A DNA stretch of 63,071 bases, filler included, from Octopus bimaculoides (taxonomy: Eukaryota): the NCBI RefSeq assembly GCF_001194135.2. It is 5 parts of 5 records of this genome, joined end to end, with 100 filler letters (N's around TTAATTAATTAA, not from the genome) between each part and the next. Parts side by side here need not be neighbours in the genome. Positions count along the whole stretch, not along the records: positions 50,182 to 58,421 come from NW_026384766.1; positions 58,522 to 63,071 come from NC_068987.1; 3 more parts are not named here. One strand, written 5' to 3'. The translations under genes and the position numbers were made by a program. The first letter of the stretch is position 1; every line of letters begins with the position of its first letter. The notes below the pieces were generated by a model. That model was not told the origin of the DNA, did not search any database, and saw only the letters and a program-made list of their open reading frames with translations. This document shows positions 50,573-63,071 of this stretch, one piece after another.

Positions 50573-51861
50573 ATATATNNNNNNNNNNNNNNNNNNNNNN
50601 NNNNNNNNNNNNNNNNNNNNNNNNNNNNNNNNNNNNNNNNNNNNNNNNNNNNNNNNNNNNNNNNNNNNNNNNNNNNNNNNNNNNNNNNNNNNNNNNNNNN
50701 NNNNNNNNNNNNNNNNNNNNNNNNNNNNNNNNNNNNNNNNNNNNNNNNNNNNNNNNNNNNNNNNNNNNNNNNNNNNNNNNNNNNNNNNNNNNNNNNNNNN
50801 NNNNNNNNNNNNNNNNNNNNNNNNNNNNNNNNNNNNNNNNNNNNNNNNNNNNNNNNNNNNNNNNNNNNNNNNNNNNNNNNNNNNNNNNCAGGTCCCTAAC
50901 TACATTTTGGCATAAAAAATTGAGATTTTGTAGCAAAATTTGTAGCAACGTAAGTAACGCCTCTAATCAAATTTAGATCTAATTAGCGTTTTTTTTTATT
51001 TTAAAAATAAAATAAATTTATCTCAGCTTCAACGATAGAAGAAAGCATGAGGAATTTCATAGTTTTAGTTCGATGCACCAAAAATTTGTATAAAAAAGTT
51101 GTGAGGTAAAATATCCGGAAAAAATATAAGTAAGGCAAAAGATTAGATTTAAGTATAATTAACTTTATTTTATTTTAAAAACGAACTATATTTTAATTAA
51201 GCTTAAATGATAGAACTCAATTCGAGGAATTTCATGGTATCAATCTCATGCAATGAAGTCTTAAAAGAAAAAAGTTGTATTTGTTTCTCAAATTTGAAGG
51301 GTGATAATGTAGTTCTATACTTTTTACGAATATAGTTCTATACAGGGACTTTTGATATATGTCACCGGAATCATAAAAAAAAAAATATAGATGCGCCATT
51401 TTAAAGCCTATATTTGATGTAATGTTCACATTGCTTAATTAAATGGAGTCGCATGATACGATCGTAGTGCATTAACTTTGGATATCCTTGTTGCTTATTT
51501 TAACTTTATATATATATGTATGTATATGTATAAATGTATTCACATGTATATGTACACTCACACACACACACACACACACACCATGGATTATGTTGATATG
51601 AATCTAAAATATAAAATAAGTGATTCTTGACCATGTTAAAGGTTACTTAGTGTCGGTAATTTACTGGTGCTTCAGTCGCTTCTAAGCTGTTGGTGAGACT
51701 TATGCGATAAGGTGACCAAACTTTCAAGTTTATTTCGATACTTACATCCTCTCAAGATCTACTTGGGGTAATCAGTCTCGTAGCCAGCGATACATACGGG
51801 GTTCGATTTCTATCGAAGTATGTGTTTTTATAATTTAGGCCGCAGTAGTTTTCGTCTGGTG

Positions 51862-51893
<32 letters not shown>

Positions 51894-51989
51894 TGTATGT
51901 ATGTATGTATGTATATGTGTGTAGACATATTTACACATATATGTGTATGTATTCATGTATTCTATTTCAGACACACACACACATATATA

Positions 51990-52152
51990 TACGACGGGCT
52001 TCTTTCAGTTTCCGTCTACCAAATCCATTCACAAGTCTTTGGTCGGCCCGAGGCTACGGTAGAAGACAGTTATCTAAAGTTCCACGCAGTGGGACTGAAC
52101 CCGGAACCATATGGTTGGGAAGCAAGCCTCTTTCCACACAGCCACGCCTGCG
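51990..52152 (-). mobile_element. SINE family A 5' half
   Basis: Reverse-complement match. Confidence 0.85.
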
Positions 52153-52236
52153 CGTATGTTTCTATATATTATGCACGTGCACACATATATACATACATAT
52201 GTATTATGTTATGTTCATGCATATTTAAACAACAGT

Positions 52237-52340
52237 ATATAGATGTTTTCGATCCAGCTTGGATTTTTGCCATCAAATTTTAATTCTTTGCAATCAAATT
52301 TGATTACAAGGAATCCAAACTAGATCGAAAACATCTATAA
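52237..52340. mobile_element. Small palindromic MITE-like element
   Basis: tatagatgttttcgatc.ag.ttggatt / aatccaaactagatcgaaaacatctata. Confidence 0.6.
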
Positions 52341-52350
52341 ATATATTTCA

Positions 52351-52417
<67 letters not shown>

Positions 52418-52962
52418 CGCTCATATCTGGATGTGTGCATGTGTGAGTATATATATCTCCACACATTATAAAATCAACCCCTACTTCCCACAAGAATCTA
52501 CAATATTTGCTACAAGTTACACAACCACCATTATAAAAACCAACGTAATCGCCCCCCCACCAACACTACCTCCACCACCAGCACCACGGCCACCAGCAGC
52601 ATAAGGAGAGGTGTATTCAAATTAATGTTATAATTTCTCAGGCTATATTTTTATGAGGAATTAATTAAATATATTCACTTTAGATTACTGATTCGATGAC
52701 GTTTAGTCGAATGGAGACAGATTGGCACTGAGAGAGAGAGAGAGAGAGATAAAGAGCTTTGTTGTGTGTGTGTGTGTGTGTGTGAATGTGTCAGGGTGGA
52801 ATGCATTAAAAGACCCGGTATAATTTATGTTGTGATTGCTGTTGTTATTAATGATGTTGGTTGTTGCAGCGGAGTTGATAAGTGTTGGATAAAGTTAGCG
52901 AAACATCTTCAGCTTTTGTTTTTCATATATACATATATGTCTGTCTGTATGTCTATCTATCT

Positions 52963-53332
52963 TGTTGTTGTTGGCACTCCGTCGCTTACGACGTCGAGGG
53001 TTCCAGTTGATCCGATCAACGGAACAGCCTGCTCGTGAAATTAACGTGCAAGTGGCTGAGCACTCCACAGACACGTGTACTCTTAACGTAGTTCTCGGGG
53101 ATATTCAGCGTGACACAGTGTGAATTACAGGCACAACAGAAACAGGAAATAAGAGTGAGAGAAAGTTGTGGTGAAAGAGTACAGCAGGTTTCGCCACCAT
53201 CGCCTGCTGGAGCCTCGTGGAGCTTTAAGTGTTTTCGCTCAATAAACACTCACAACGCCTGGTCTGGGAATCGAAACCGCGATCCTATGACCGTGAGTCC
53301 GCTTCCCTAACCACTGGGCCATTGCGCCTCCA
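52963..53332 (-). mobile_element. tRNA-derived SINE family C, (CAA)n tail
   Basis: Head GGAGGCGCAATGGCCCAGTGGTTAGG..GGTTTCGATTCC; near-identical to 57305 copy. Confidence 0.9.
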
Positions 53333-53659
53333 TTATATAAATATACTAGCTTAAAAGCCGTATTCCGTGCAGACTTTTAAACTGGCTACTTGGGCTTGCG
53401 GTTAAAAACTAAAGGGAGCTAAATAGTATGACTATAATACATCTATTGTGACTATATGTCCCGTTGGTGTTTGATCAGAAGTTAAGGACAGATGAGAATT
53501 GATTCTGTAATGCAATCATTCTGTGGAACATATAGAATAAGGGATAAAGGTTATGATGTGATATTAGAAGAATTGAAATAATGAGTAGTAGCTATTAAAG
53601 CAAAAATAGAAAGATATGACAATAGAACAAAATAATTCAGGCCAAACAGGTGTATGCTG

Positions 53660-53990
53660 ACATAAATGTCGAGAAATTCGACGGAAGAGTTAGAGATAGT
53701 GAATGAGAATTTGAGGGTAGGATGGAAGGATTGGACAAAAGAGAGGAAGGAGTCTAGTTGTTCGCGGGAGAGTGAAGTCGGGCCGATACAGTCATCGATA
53801 TAAGGGAGTGAGACCAGTGAATTGTGAGAATATTTGGGCCACAACGTAGCCAGCGAACAGGTTTGCATTGCTGGTTCCCGTTCTCGTTTTCATGGCCACT
53901 CCGGAGAGTTGTTGGTAAATATCTCCCACGAACGAGAAGCAGTTGAGGGAGAGGACAAGTTCGGCCAGACATAGAAGTGTGGAGGTGTCA
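53660..53990 (-). mobile_element. Penelope-like RT core fragment (YIDD type)
   Basis: TLLCLAELVLSLNCFSF..YQQLSGVAM..G.SNANLF; PYIDDCIG; FHPTLKFSF...VEFLDI. Confidence 0.88.
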
Positions 53991-54124
53991 CGATGAAGGT
54001 CAGGTCAGGTCAGGTCAGGTCGAAGGTCAATGAAGTGCTTAAGCGCACGAAGTCCTTCGTTGTGTGGGATCACCGTATACACATTTTAATGTCAAGGGTT
54101 TGTTTCTGTAATTAGACTGCAGTT

Positions 54125-54505
54125 ATGCTTGGGCACCACCTTGAAGAATTTTAGTCGAACGAACCGACCCCAGTATATATTCTTGCTTTGTCGAACCGCT
54201 AGGTTACGGGGGCTTAAATATACCAACACCGGTTGTCAAGCAGTGGTGGGGGGCCAAACAGACAGACAGACACACATATACACGTACACGCGCACACGCA
54301 CACACATACACGCACATACACACATACGACGGACTTCTTCCAGTTTCTGCCTACAAATTCCTCTCTCCCAAGGCTTTGGTCGGCTCGAAGCCAGAGTAGC
54401 GTCAGTGCCAAAGCTGCCCAACCCAAGGTGCCACGCAGTGTAACTGAACACTCGTCTTTCCAATCGAATATTTTACAGAGCAAACGTCTTACGACACAGC
54501 CACGC
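54125..54505 (-). mobile_element. SINE family A, diverged
   Basis: Reverse-complement match. Confidence 0.8.
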
Positions 54506-54564
54506 CACACTCTTAGACGTGTGTGGCGTGCGTCTGTGTGTATGTGAAAACAGTCAGACAGTCA

Positions 54565-54604
<40 letters not shown>

Positions 54605-55413
54605 TATGTGTATACCGGTGGACAACGGGGCGTTGAACAATTATACTTTGTTGAATTTAGGTATCAATTTACATTCTTTCGCAGTAAGGAAACCTAAATA
54701 ATTCGATAGGTAGATATCTATAAAACAAGGCNNNNNNNNNNNNNNNNNNNNNNNNNNNNNNNNNNNNNNNNNNNNNNNNNNNNNNNNNNNNNNNNNNNNN
54801 NNNNNNNNNNNNNNNNNNNNNNNNNNNNNNNNNNNNNNNNNNNNNNNNNNNNNNNNNNNNNNNNNNNNNNNNNNNNNNNNNNNNNNNNNNNNNNNNNNNN
54901 NNNNNNNNNNNNNNNNNNNNNNNNNNNNNNNNNNNNNNNNNNNNNNNNNNNNNNNNNNNNNNNNNNNNNNNNNNNNNNNNNNNNNNNNNNNNNNNNNNNN
55001 NNNNNNNNNNNNNNNNNNNNNNNNNNNNNNNNNNNNNNNNNNNNNNNNNNNNNNNNNNNNNNNNNNNNNNNNNNNNNNNNNNNNNNNNNNNNNNNNNNNN
55101 NNNNNNNNNNNNNNNNNNNNNNNNNNNNNNNNNNNNNNNNNNNNNNNNNNNNNNNNNNNNNNNNNNNNNNNNNNNNNNNNNNNNNNNNNNNNNNNNNNNN
55201 NNNNNNNNNNNNNNNNNNNNNNNNNNNNNNNNNNNNNNNNNNNNNNNNNNNNNNNNNNNNNNNNNNNNNNNNNNNNNNNNNNNNNNNNNNNNNNNNNNNN
55301 NNNNNNNNNNNNNNNNNNNNNNNNNNNNNNNNNNNNNNNNNNNNNNNNNNNNNNNNNNNNNNNNNNNNNNNNNNNNNNNNNNNNNNNNNNNNNNNNNNNN
55401 NNNNNNNNNNNNN

Positions 55414-55446
<33 letters not shown>

Positions 55447-56054
55447 TACATACACAGGCGCACACCTTTAAACGAAGCGCCCATGCGTAGATAAAGAGAA
55501 TACGAAAACGGCCAAAAAAAAAAGAAAAAAAAAGAAAAAAGAAAAGAAAAACCGTGACCACACTCGTCACCTCACCACCCATCCCTATCACACCCGATCG
55601 ATATATATATTGAATCACTTCGTTATATTGGTGGACCTTGTAACGTAATCAAAAGAAAATCGAAAATCAAACGAAGACGAATTCCTGATCACGTTCTTTT
55701 AATTATCTTGAGTCTGTATCTCATAGCCGCCATCAACGAAACATAAGGTGTCGTTACATACATAAAATAAAGACGGCCACGTCATGTGATGTCTAAATAA
55801 TGCTTACTCTTGTTGGTGTGATTGTTATTGTTGATGTTGTTGTAGTTTAGCCCCAACATCAGTTAATGTGTCATTCCCGGTTTTTGTCTTTTTTTTTGCT
55901 TTTATCATTTATGACGCTATATAAAGCTTCTGTGGACTGGCTGAAGTGGTAAAGAGTTGGACAGGTTGTCTTGGGCGTTGTACATTCTATTTGTTATATG
56001 TTCTGTGTTCAAGTTCCACCGTAGTCAACGTTACCTTTTGTGAAGCATCATTAT

Positions 56055-56225
56055 TAAGGCATCGAACCGGCAGAATCGTTAGCACACCTGATAAAATCTT
56101 AAGAGTTCAAATCTCGCCGCGGTAGACTTTGCTTTTCATTCTTCCATGGGTCGAGTATTGGGGGGGGGGGTCGATGTAAGTTCCTTCCCCTTAAAACTCA
56201 GGCCTGGTGCCTAGAGTAGAAATAA
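56055..56225 (+). mobile_element. SINE family B
   Basis: Homology to 27805 copy. Confidence 0.75.
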
Positions 56226-56227
56226 TT

Positions 56228-56419
56228 ATTGTTGTTGTTGGCACTCCGTCGCTTACGACGTCGAGGGTTCCAGTTGATCCGATCAACGGAACAGCCTGCT
56301 CGTGAAATTAACGTGCAAGTGGCTGAGCACTCCACAGACACGTGTACCCTTAACGTAGTTCTCGGGGATATTCAGCGTGACACAGAGTGTGACAAGGCTG
56401 ACCCTTTGAATTACAGGCA
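56228..56419 (-). mobile_element. SINE family C 3' half, cut by gap
   Basis: Near-identical to 52963 and 57305 copies. Confidence 0.9.
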
Positions 56420-57304
56420 NNNNNNNNNNNNNNNNNNNNNNNNNNNNNNNNNNNNNNNNNNNNNNNNNNNNNNNNNNNNNNNNNNNNNNNNNNNNNNNNN
56501 NNNNNNNNNNNNNNNNNNNNNNNNNNNNNNNNNNNNNNNNNNNNNNNNNNNNNNNNNNNNNNNNNNNNNNNNNNNNNNNNNNNNNNNNNNNNNNNNNNNN
56601 NNNNNNNNNNNNNNNNNNNNNNNNNNNNNNNNNNNNNNNNNNNNNNNNNNNNNNNNNNNNNNNNNNNNNNNNNNNNNNNNNNNNNNNNNNNNNNNNNNNN
56701 NNNNNNNNNNNNNNNNNNNNNNNNNNNNNNNNNNNNNNNNNNNNNNNNNNNNNNNNNNNNNNNNNNNNNNNNNNNNNNNNNNNNNNNNNNNNNNNNNNNN
56801 NNNNNNNNNNNNNNNNNNNNNNNNNNNNNNNNNNNNNNNNNNNNNNNNNNNNNNNNNNNNNNNNNNNNNNNNNNNNNNNNNNNNNNNGAACAAAAGTTTC
56901 GGTTTTAAATTTACCGAAAAGTTAAATCCATTTCCTTATTTCCTCTTTTTAATTCCTCTTCGCAGGTTTCGAGCTAATATCGGGACACAGTTCGTTAATG
57001 TACTCTGGCGTTCTTGGATTACAGTCGTACGAGACCCGGCCAGTCTCAAATTTCGTGGAATCCAAACATTTGTAAGTATTTACGGGGTGCTCGATGTGTG
57101 CGGTTGCGTTTGTGTAAGCGCCGGAGTGGGAGTAAGAAAAAGAAAGGGCGCGCACACACACACAAACACACACACACAGCCCCCCCCCCAACACATACAC
57201 AAGCACAAACAGATTAGGATGAGATAACTTAAGACAGTGAGAGAGATTCTACGCGATGGATTTAACGCATTGTGTTAGAAACATCAGTTATCCTGAGATC
57301 AAAT

Positions 57305-57690
57305 TGTTGTTGGCACTCCTTCGCTTACGACATCGAGGATTCCAGTTGATCCGATCAATGGAACAGCCTGCTCGTGAAATTAACGTGCAAGTGGCTGAGC
57401 ACTCCACAGACACGTGTACCCTTAACGTAGTTCTCAGGGATATTCAGCATGACACAGTGTGACAAGGCTGACCCTTTGAATTACAGGCACAACAGAAACA
57501 GGAAGTAAGAGTGAGAGAAAGTTGTGGTGAAAGAGTGCAGCAGGGTTCGTCACCATCCCCTGCCGGAGCCTCGCGGAGCCTTAGGTGTTTTCGCTCAATA
57601 AACACTCACAACGGCCGGTCTGGGAATCGAAACCGCGATCCTATGACCGCGAGTCCGCTGCCCTAACCACTGGGCCATTGCGCCTCCACT
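57305..57690 (-). mobile_element. SINE family C, full length with 12-bp TSD
   Basis: CTGAGATCAAAT at 57293-57304 and 57691-57702. Confidence 0.92.
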
Positions 57691-58184
57691 CTGAGATCAA
57701 ATACTGTTCTCTAAAAGGAAGGAAAGGTACATCGAATGATGTAGTCTTAGTTACACTATGCCTAAGCCTATATCAGTGAGGCAGTTTATTGAATAAGCTC
57801 GTTTCAATTATATACATATATATGTATACATACACACAAACACGAACGCGTATCTCCCCCGCCTCTCTCTGTCCCTCCCCCATATATATATATATACACA
57901 CAAACACAAACCTATGTGTATATGTATGCATACATTTATGAATAATTTTATTAATTAAGTTCTGTACTGCTAATAAGTGAAACAGAATGCTATATAGGGT
58001 ATAATGAAAAATTCACATATGTATATGCGCCTCTACTTACATACCTACGCACACATATATTCATTTTGATGTATGTACGTATGTATGTATGTATGAATGA
58101 ATGTACGTATATAGACATATACATACTCACACATTTACGCATATGCGTTTACTTACGTAGTTAAACATGACTATATAAAACATA

Positions 58185-58222
<38 letters not shown>

Positions 58223-58284
58223 AATACATACATACATACACAAATACACACCGTTTACTTACTGTCTGTCTATCTATCTATCTT

Positions 58285-58421
58285 ATTTCTTTATTGCCCA
58301 CAAGGGGCTAAACACAGAGGAGACAAACAAGGACAGACAAAGGGATTAAGTCGATTACATCGACCCCAGTGCGTAACTGGAACTTTATTTATCGACCCCG
58401 AATGGATGAAAGGCAAAGTCG
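58285..58421 (-). mobile_element. SINE family B 3' part
   Basis: Reverse complement ggggtcgataaataaag..ctggggtcgatgtaatcgacttaa. Confidence 0.8.
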
Positions 58422-58653
58422 NNNNNNNNNNNNNNNNNNNNNNNNNNNNNNNNNNNNNNNNNNNNTTAATTAATTAANNNNNNNNNNNNNNNNNNNNNNN
58501 NNNNNNNNNNNNNNNNNNNNNAAATAAATTTCAATGAGTATTACTTACTCGGATATAGTCCAACCCTTTGTCAGCTATTTTTTGGCTCCATGCGATGTCT
58601 TTATTTCCGATGTTTTTGGATAAGTTTCGGAGCAGTGATTTATCGTTCACACA

Positions 58654-58747
58654 TGTTAAACTTCCCCGGTGTAGTCCTGTTAAACTTCCCCGGTGTAGTC
58701 CTGTTAAACTTCCACGGTGTAGTCTGTTAAACTTCCCCGGTGTAGTC
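58654..58747. repeat. 24-bp minisatellite x4 (tgttaaacttccccggtgtagtcc)
   Basis: Direct reading. Confidence 0.9.
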
Positions 58748-58749
58748 TC

Positions 58750-58812
<63 letters not shown>

Positions 58813-58885
58813 TAGGTCACTGCCTGGAATCGAACTCGGAATCTTGGGGTTACTAGCCCGCGCTCTTAACCACTACGCCACATGC
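58813..58885 (-). mobile_element. Short tRNA-derived SINE or tRNA pseudogene with (AAT)n tail
   Basis: A box TGGCGTAGTGG, B box GAGTTCGATTC; no acceptor stem. Confidence 0.75.
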
Positions 58886-58898
58886 TCTCTCTTTCCCT

Positions 58899-58937
<39 letters not shown>

Positions 58938-59427
58938 TTCTCTTCCTTTCTTTAATCTCACCATCAGAACATCACCCCTCTGCTAATATTATATTTTTAA
59001 ATCGCCTCCTCTACGTTGAACTAAATTTTTAAACTACGTAATTAATATTACGTCCCCCCTGCCTCACGTCATGAACGTTTCTCTCTCCCACTTTTTCTTC
59101 CTCTATCTATCTCTTTTTGTCTCACCTCTTTCTTTCTCCTCTTTCCCTTCAGCTAATCGCGTGTAAACGTTACAATTACATACCCCCTACTTCACATCAT
59201 GGACACTTATCTCCACCTTATGTCCATCCCTCTTTTTCTCTCTCCTTCTTTTTCTCTCTCTTCTTTCCCCTGCCTTTTCTCTAATCGCCTGAGTACATTA
59301 CAGACGGTCTAAGTATCGTAATGACAAGCAGAATTATCATAAGACGTCATTGTGTTGAGAGTAAGGTACAATAAAAGAACTGACATATTTTATCCTGCAA
59401 ATATCAATTTCCAATAAAAGCATTTGA

Positions 59428-59815
59428 AAAGATTATTTGCCAGCATAACATGGCAGTCCTAGTTTAGGACGAATTTTGCTTTAATTTAGCCCCAGGAGAC
59501 ATCGACTCCAGCTGGCTATACGACACGATCTGTGTCTTTATATTTTCGGACAAGGGAATCTAGCATCCCCACTCATCTCAAAACAATATCTGTGTATCAC
59601 GATCTGTGTGTCACGGTTTCCGCGATGCACAGATACTGTTTTGAGCTTCTTCGAAAATATAAGGACACAGATAGTGTCGTATAGCCAGCTGGAAACGATG
59701 TATCCTGGGGCTAAATTACAGCAACATTCGTCCTAAGCCAGGACTGCCATGTTATGTTGGCAAATAATCTTTACTGCAAAGTACTGTTGCTGAATGTCTC
59801 TCATTGTGAGATTTA
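59428..59815. mobile_element. Foldback element copy 2 (centre deleted)
   Basis: Inverted repeat 59428-59772 homologous to 37452 element, same unpaired right flank. Confidence 0.85.
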
Positions 59816-62800
59816 CAAGTAGTAATTTTCTAAAATCATATATATTTACTATATTTTGCTAATTTTTAAAATTTACATTATGAATCGTTTGCTTAAATAA
59901 AGAACAGAGTAAGAGTATGACGAATCATTGGACTGAAATACAAGCTCTTTTCGCCAAAATTCTTCCGATGTAATTTAGATGTTATCAATAATATGCCGTC
60001 ATATGCTTCATTTCTTTTTTGAAAACGGAAAGAGAAAAGATGTCATTAATCACATTGCAAACGTTGACGAAAACACTATAACGAGTTAACTGTCTCATTG
60101 ATCGAATGACTAGTGAAACACTTTATAAGTTTACATATTTTAATTAGTTACTTATTTTATTACAATAGGAAGAAGAAGAATATAGCCTGCAAGTATGGTT
60201 TTATTATGAAAATGACACTGTAAACCTCGAAAACTATAATCTTTCCAATAAATATCTTCCAGAATAAGTACAACACCTAAATACTGAGAGTTCTATTTTG
60301 ATTGAGAAAGGCGAAGCGTGACAGAATTGGTAGCAAGAGAGAAAAAATACACCTTATTTAATTTGGTTGCCTGAGTAGAGTATTTATATTATCTGTGCAT
60401 CTTGATTAAAAAAAAAAAAACAGAATAAAACAATCTAGTTCCGATCCAAAATTATTTTATTTTATTCTAATTTTAAAGACATTATTTTTAGAAAGATGAA
60501 CGAAAATAAAAGTAAATCAGATGTCAAACAGACTTGCAAAATTTAATAACATCCGTTTACCCTGAAAATCTAATCCTACGTAAAGTTAATTTGCCTTCTA
60601 CTTGTAATTATTCTGTTATTTATCTTTCACGTGTACGTATTGTATAAAACCCACCGGAGCTGATAGAATATGAACCAATAATAACTTTGAGAAAATTAAA
60701 TCATCTACAATATCCGCTAAAATATAACTAGTCATACCAAGTTTATAAAACATTCTTATTAATGTTTACTGAATAGGTTTTGGCGGTGAATATGTGTATG
60801 TGTGTGTGCGCGCGCGCGCGTGTGTGTGTGTGTGTCTGTGTGTGAGTCATTAATCTTGTCTGCCATAATACTGAACTCAACAATTACAGTAGAATCTTTG
60901 TTTACACGGTGTCTTGTTGCTTTACATTATGTTGTCCAATATATGTTGTCCAAAAATATCGCCTTAGCACTCAGACTTAAAGTGCTGTGTGTTGGATAAT
61001 ACGAAGCAGAGTAATGTTTCACACAGTAGTGCACGTAACGTAGGAATTGGTTTTGACTGGAATGAATATAACTATAGTGTTAATGTTACGGTTGAACCAA
61101 TCACAGACATATATTATATTGTTATTTGCTTATGGTTGTGAACGACACAGCACCAGTGTAGTAAATTTAATTCATAATAGGTGAACACAGAGCAAATGAA
61201 AGTAAGGTATATGGTTCGGTTTTTAGCGTTTCTTATGCTACCATGTTTGAAAGTCGTTTTCTTTCGCGCAGAGGCAATACCCCTGCCTGAAGAGTAATTC
61301 GGAAACCTGAAAGTAAGATTGTAACTGTGTAGACTTCCATAAATTTCAAAAATTCTAATAGATTTCATAATGATTTCTTCATAAGTTCTACAATTTATAT
61401 ACATCAGATATAGAGTTGAAATACTGAAAATACGATTCCTTTTGGCTAAGAACTTCCGTTTTGGGATATTGTAAGATAGATATATTCTCGGGGATATATT
61501 TTAGGATGCCATCAACATGACAAGTAATCTGTCTTGATTATTAGAAGAAACCCTGTATAACTCTCTATGCTCCAGAAGTATGAAGTTGTATGCAGTTTAC
61601 TAGATTTTACTATAAAATAAAGCAGAGACATTTACAAAATGCGTCCTGGTTGATATAATAATATTAGCAATGTACGGGTACCTATTCAATTGACTGAAAT
61701 CCACATCGCGAATACATTTTTGCCTATGTTAGAATTCTACATTTATCTAAAACTAAAAAGAAAGTATAGTAACTCTATCGATCATCTACAGATTTACATG
61801 CTAGGTGTAATCTTAATTTTGGTAGTTATAACATTAATTTGTATATGGAAACAAAAACATAGAGGAGATATTGAATTGTGTAACAATACATCAGTTTAAT
61901 AGCAGATTCAATGCATTTTAGTGAATAAGAAACTGGACTTCGGTTATACTCTGTTTTGAAATATATCTGATTGATCCACTACAACTACTAAATTTCTGGC
62001 GATTTATATAGCCATTGTACAATACCGCTTTGTTAACTGTAGTATTTGACAAAGGAATGCACTTAAGATATAACAAATGATTATAGATTGTTTTTACATA
62101 ACAATTTGAATGAAAATTATTGTTACCATATAGTGCATAGTTTATCACTGCAGACGATGTTTACATTAATACTGCACTATTTACGAAGTTCGTCTGCAAT
62201 AAAACAACAAATATTCTAGATATCTGTTACGTTAATGCCTGGGAGGTGCCTGTGTGATTCGACATATTCTAACTCTTGTTGTCCTATATCGATTTATTTT
62301 GACTTTGTCTTTCTTTAAATGTTGACCCGTTCATTTTCTGCAGCAAAATAAAACAAGACCATATTGATTAGGACAAATCAAATATTATAATTCTAATCAA
62401 TGATCTGTGTTGTCTCCTAATTCATTAATAGTATGTACCGACACGGACACCTTCCACTTATCATCTTTCGTTCTTTCATTTACGAGACAAGTTTTATAAT
62501 CTGATAAATCTGTTAGTAATTTTATTGAAATGTCTTACTGAAAAAGAGACATTGTGATGTTGCTACTTATGTAATGCATCTCTATGAATAATATTAATGC
62601 CAGCCGCACATGAGGATTTCTACTAACAAACGACACACAATTGATTCTAGATCCTGTCTCCTCCTTGTTTAAAGAGATACAACTATGTGGGCTGAATAAA
62701 GACAAAGAGAGAGAGAGAGAGAGAGAAAAACTATCCCACCTTCAGTCTTATGACGAATCTCTACAAGTAAGTGTAACGGATCGAATAAATTCTTATTTGA

Positions 62801-62964
62801 AAATAATATTTCAATGAGTATATCCAGAAAACTGTTACAGGAATATCAGTTACTGGAGGCAAAATTGCCAAGAGAATGTATGCCAGTAATACGTGTATTA
62901 TTGATTTCAAAACACTTTGACGTTTATAATGGCTTCGTTGCTATTTGCTACTTAGGCCAGTGTT

Positions 62965-62999
62965 CAGTTTGGTAGATGGAAACTGAAAGAAGCCTGTCG

Positions 63000-63071
<72 letters not shown>
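62965..63071 (+). mobile_element. SINE family A middle fragment plus (TA)(GT) repeat
   Basis: tttggtagatggaaactgaaagaagcctgtcgtatat. Confidence 0.75.

Noticed and set aside
50890-51400. Possible non-autonomous DNA transposon with internal gaggaatttcat repeats
   Set aside because: Left end lost in a gap and TIRs too weak to classify
58654-58747. 24-bp x4 repeat as a CRISPR-like array
   Set aside because: No spacers; eukaryotic minisatellite
58813-58885. tRNA gene
   Set aside because: No acceptor stem pairing and has an (AAT)n tail; SINE or pseudogene

Overview
AT-rich, heavily gapped eukaryotic genomic DNA. The SINE families, microsatellite load and 100-bp gap pads suggest an octopus-type cephalopod assembly, but this is inference from recall and no search was run. 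No host protein-coding gene could be identified with confidence, and most ORFs in the track are microsatellite or N-gap artefacts. The window is a mosaic of decayed mobile elements: Penelope-like elements of at least two lineages, R4/Dong, HERO, CR1 and RTE LINEs, mariner, maT (DD37D) and hAT transposase remnants, Tc1/pogo/piggyBac-type MITEs, Helentron-like non-autonomous elements and about five SINE families. The strongest unexpected signal is a set of minimal type I hammerhead ribozyme (HHR) motifs with palindromic stem III. Several lie in back-to-back inverted-repeat (foldback) elements, one family of which occurs twice (37.5 kb and 59.4 kb). Other highlights: an internally inverted HERO element whose inversion junction is re-copied into a (CATA)n tract, RLE-type LINEs bounded by (CATA)n, a CR1/SINE shared 3' end, a candidate promoter near 43.2 kb and a candidate minus-strand exon with tandem in-frame UGA codons.
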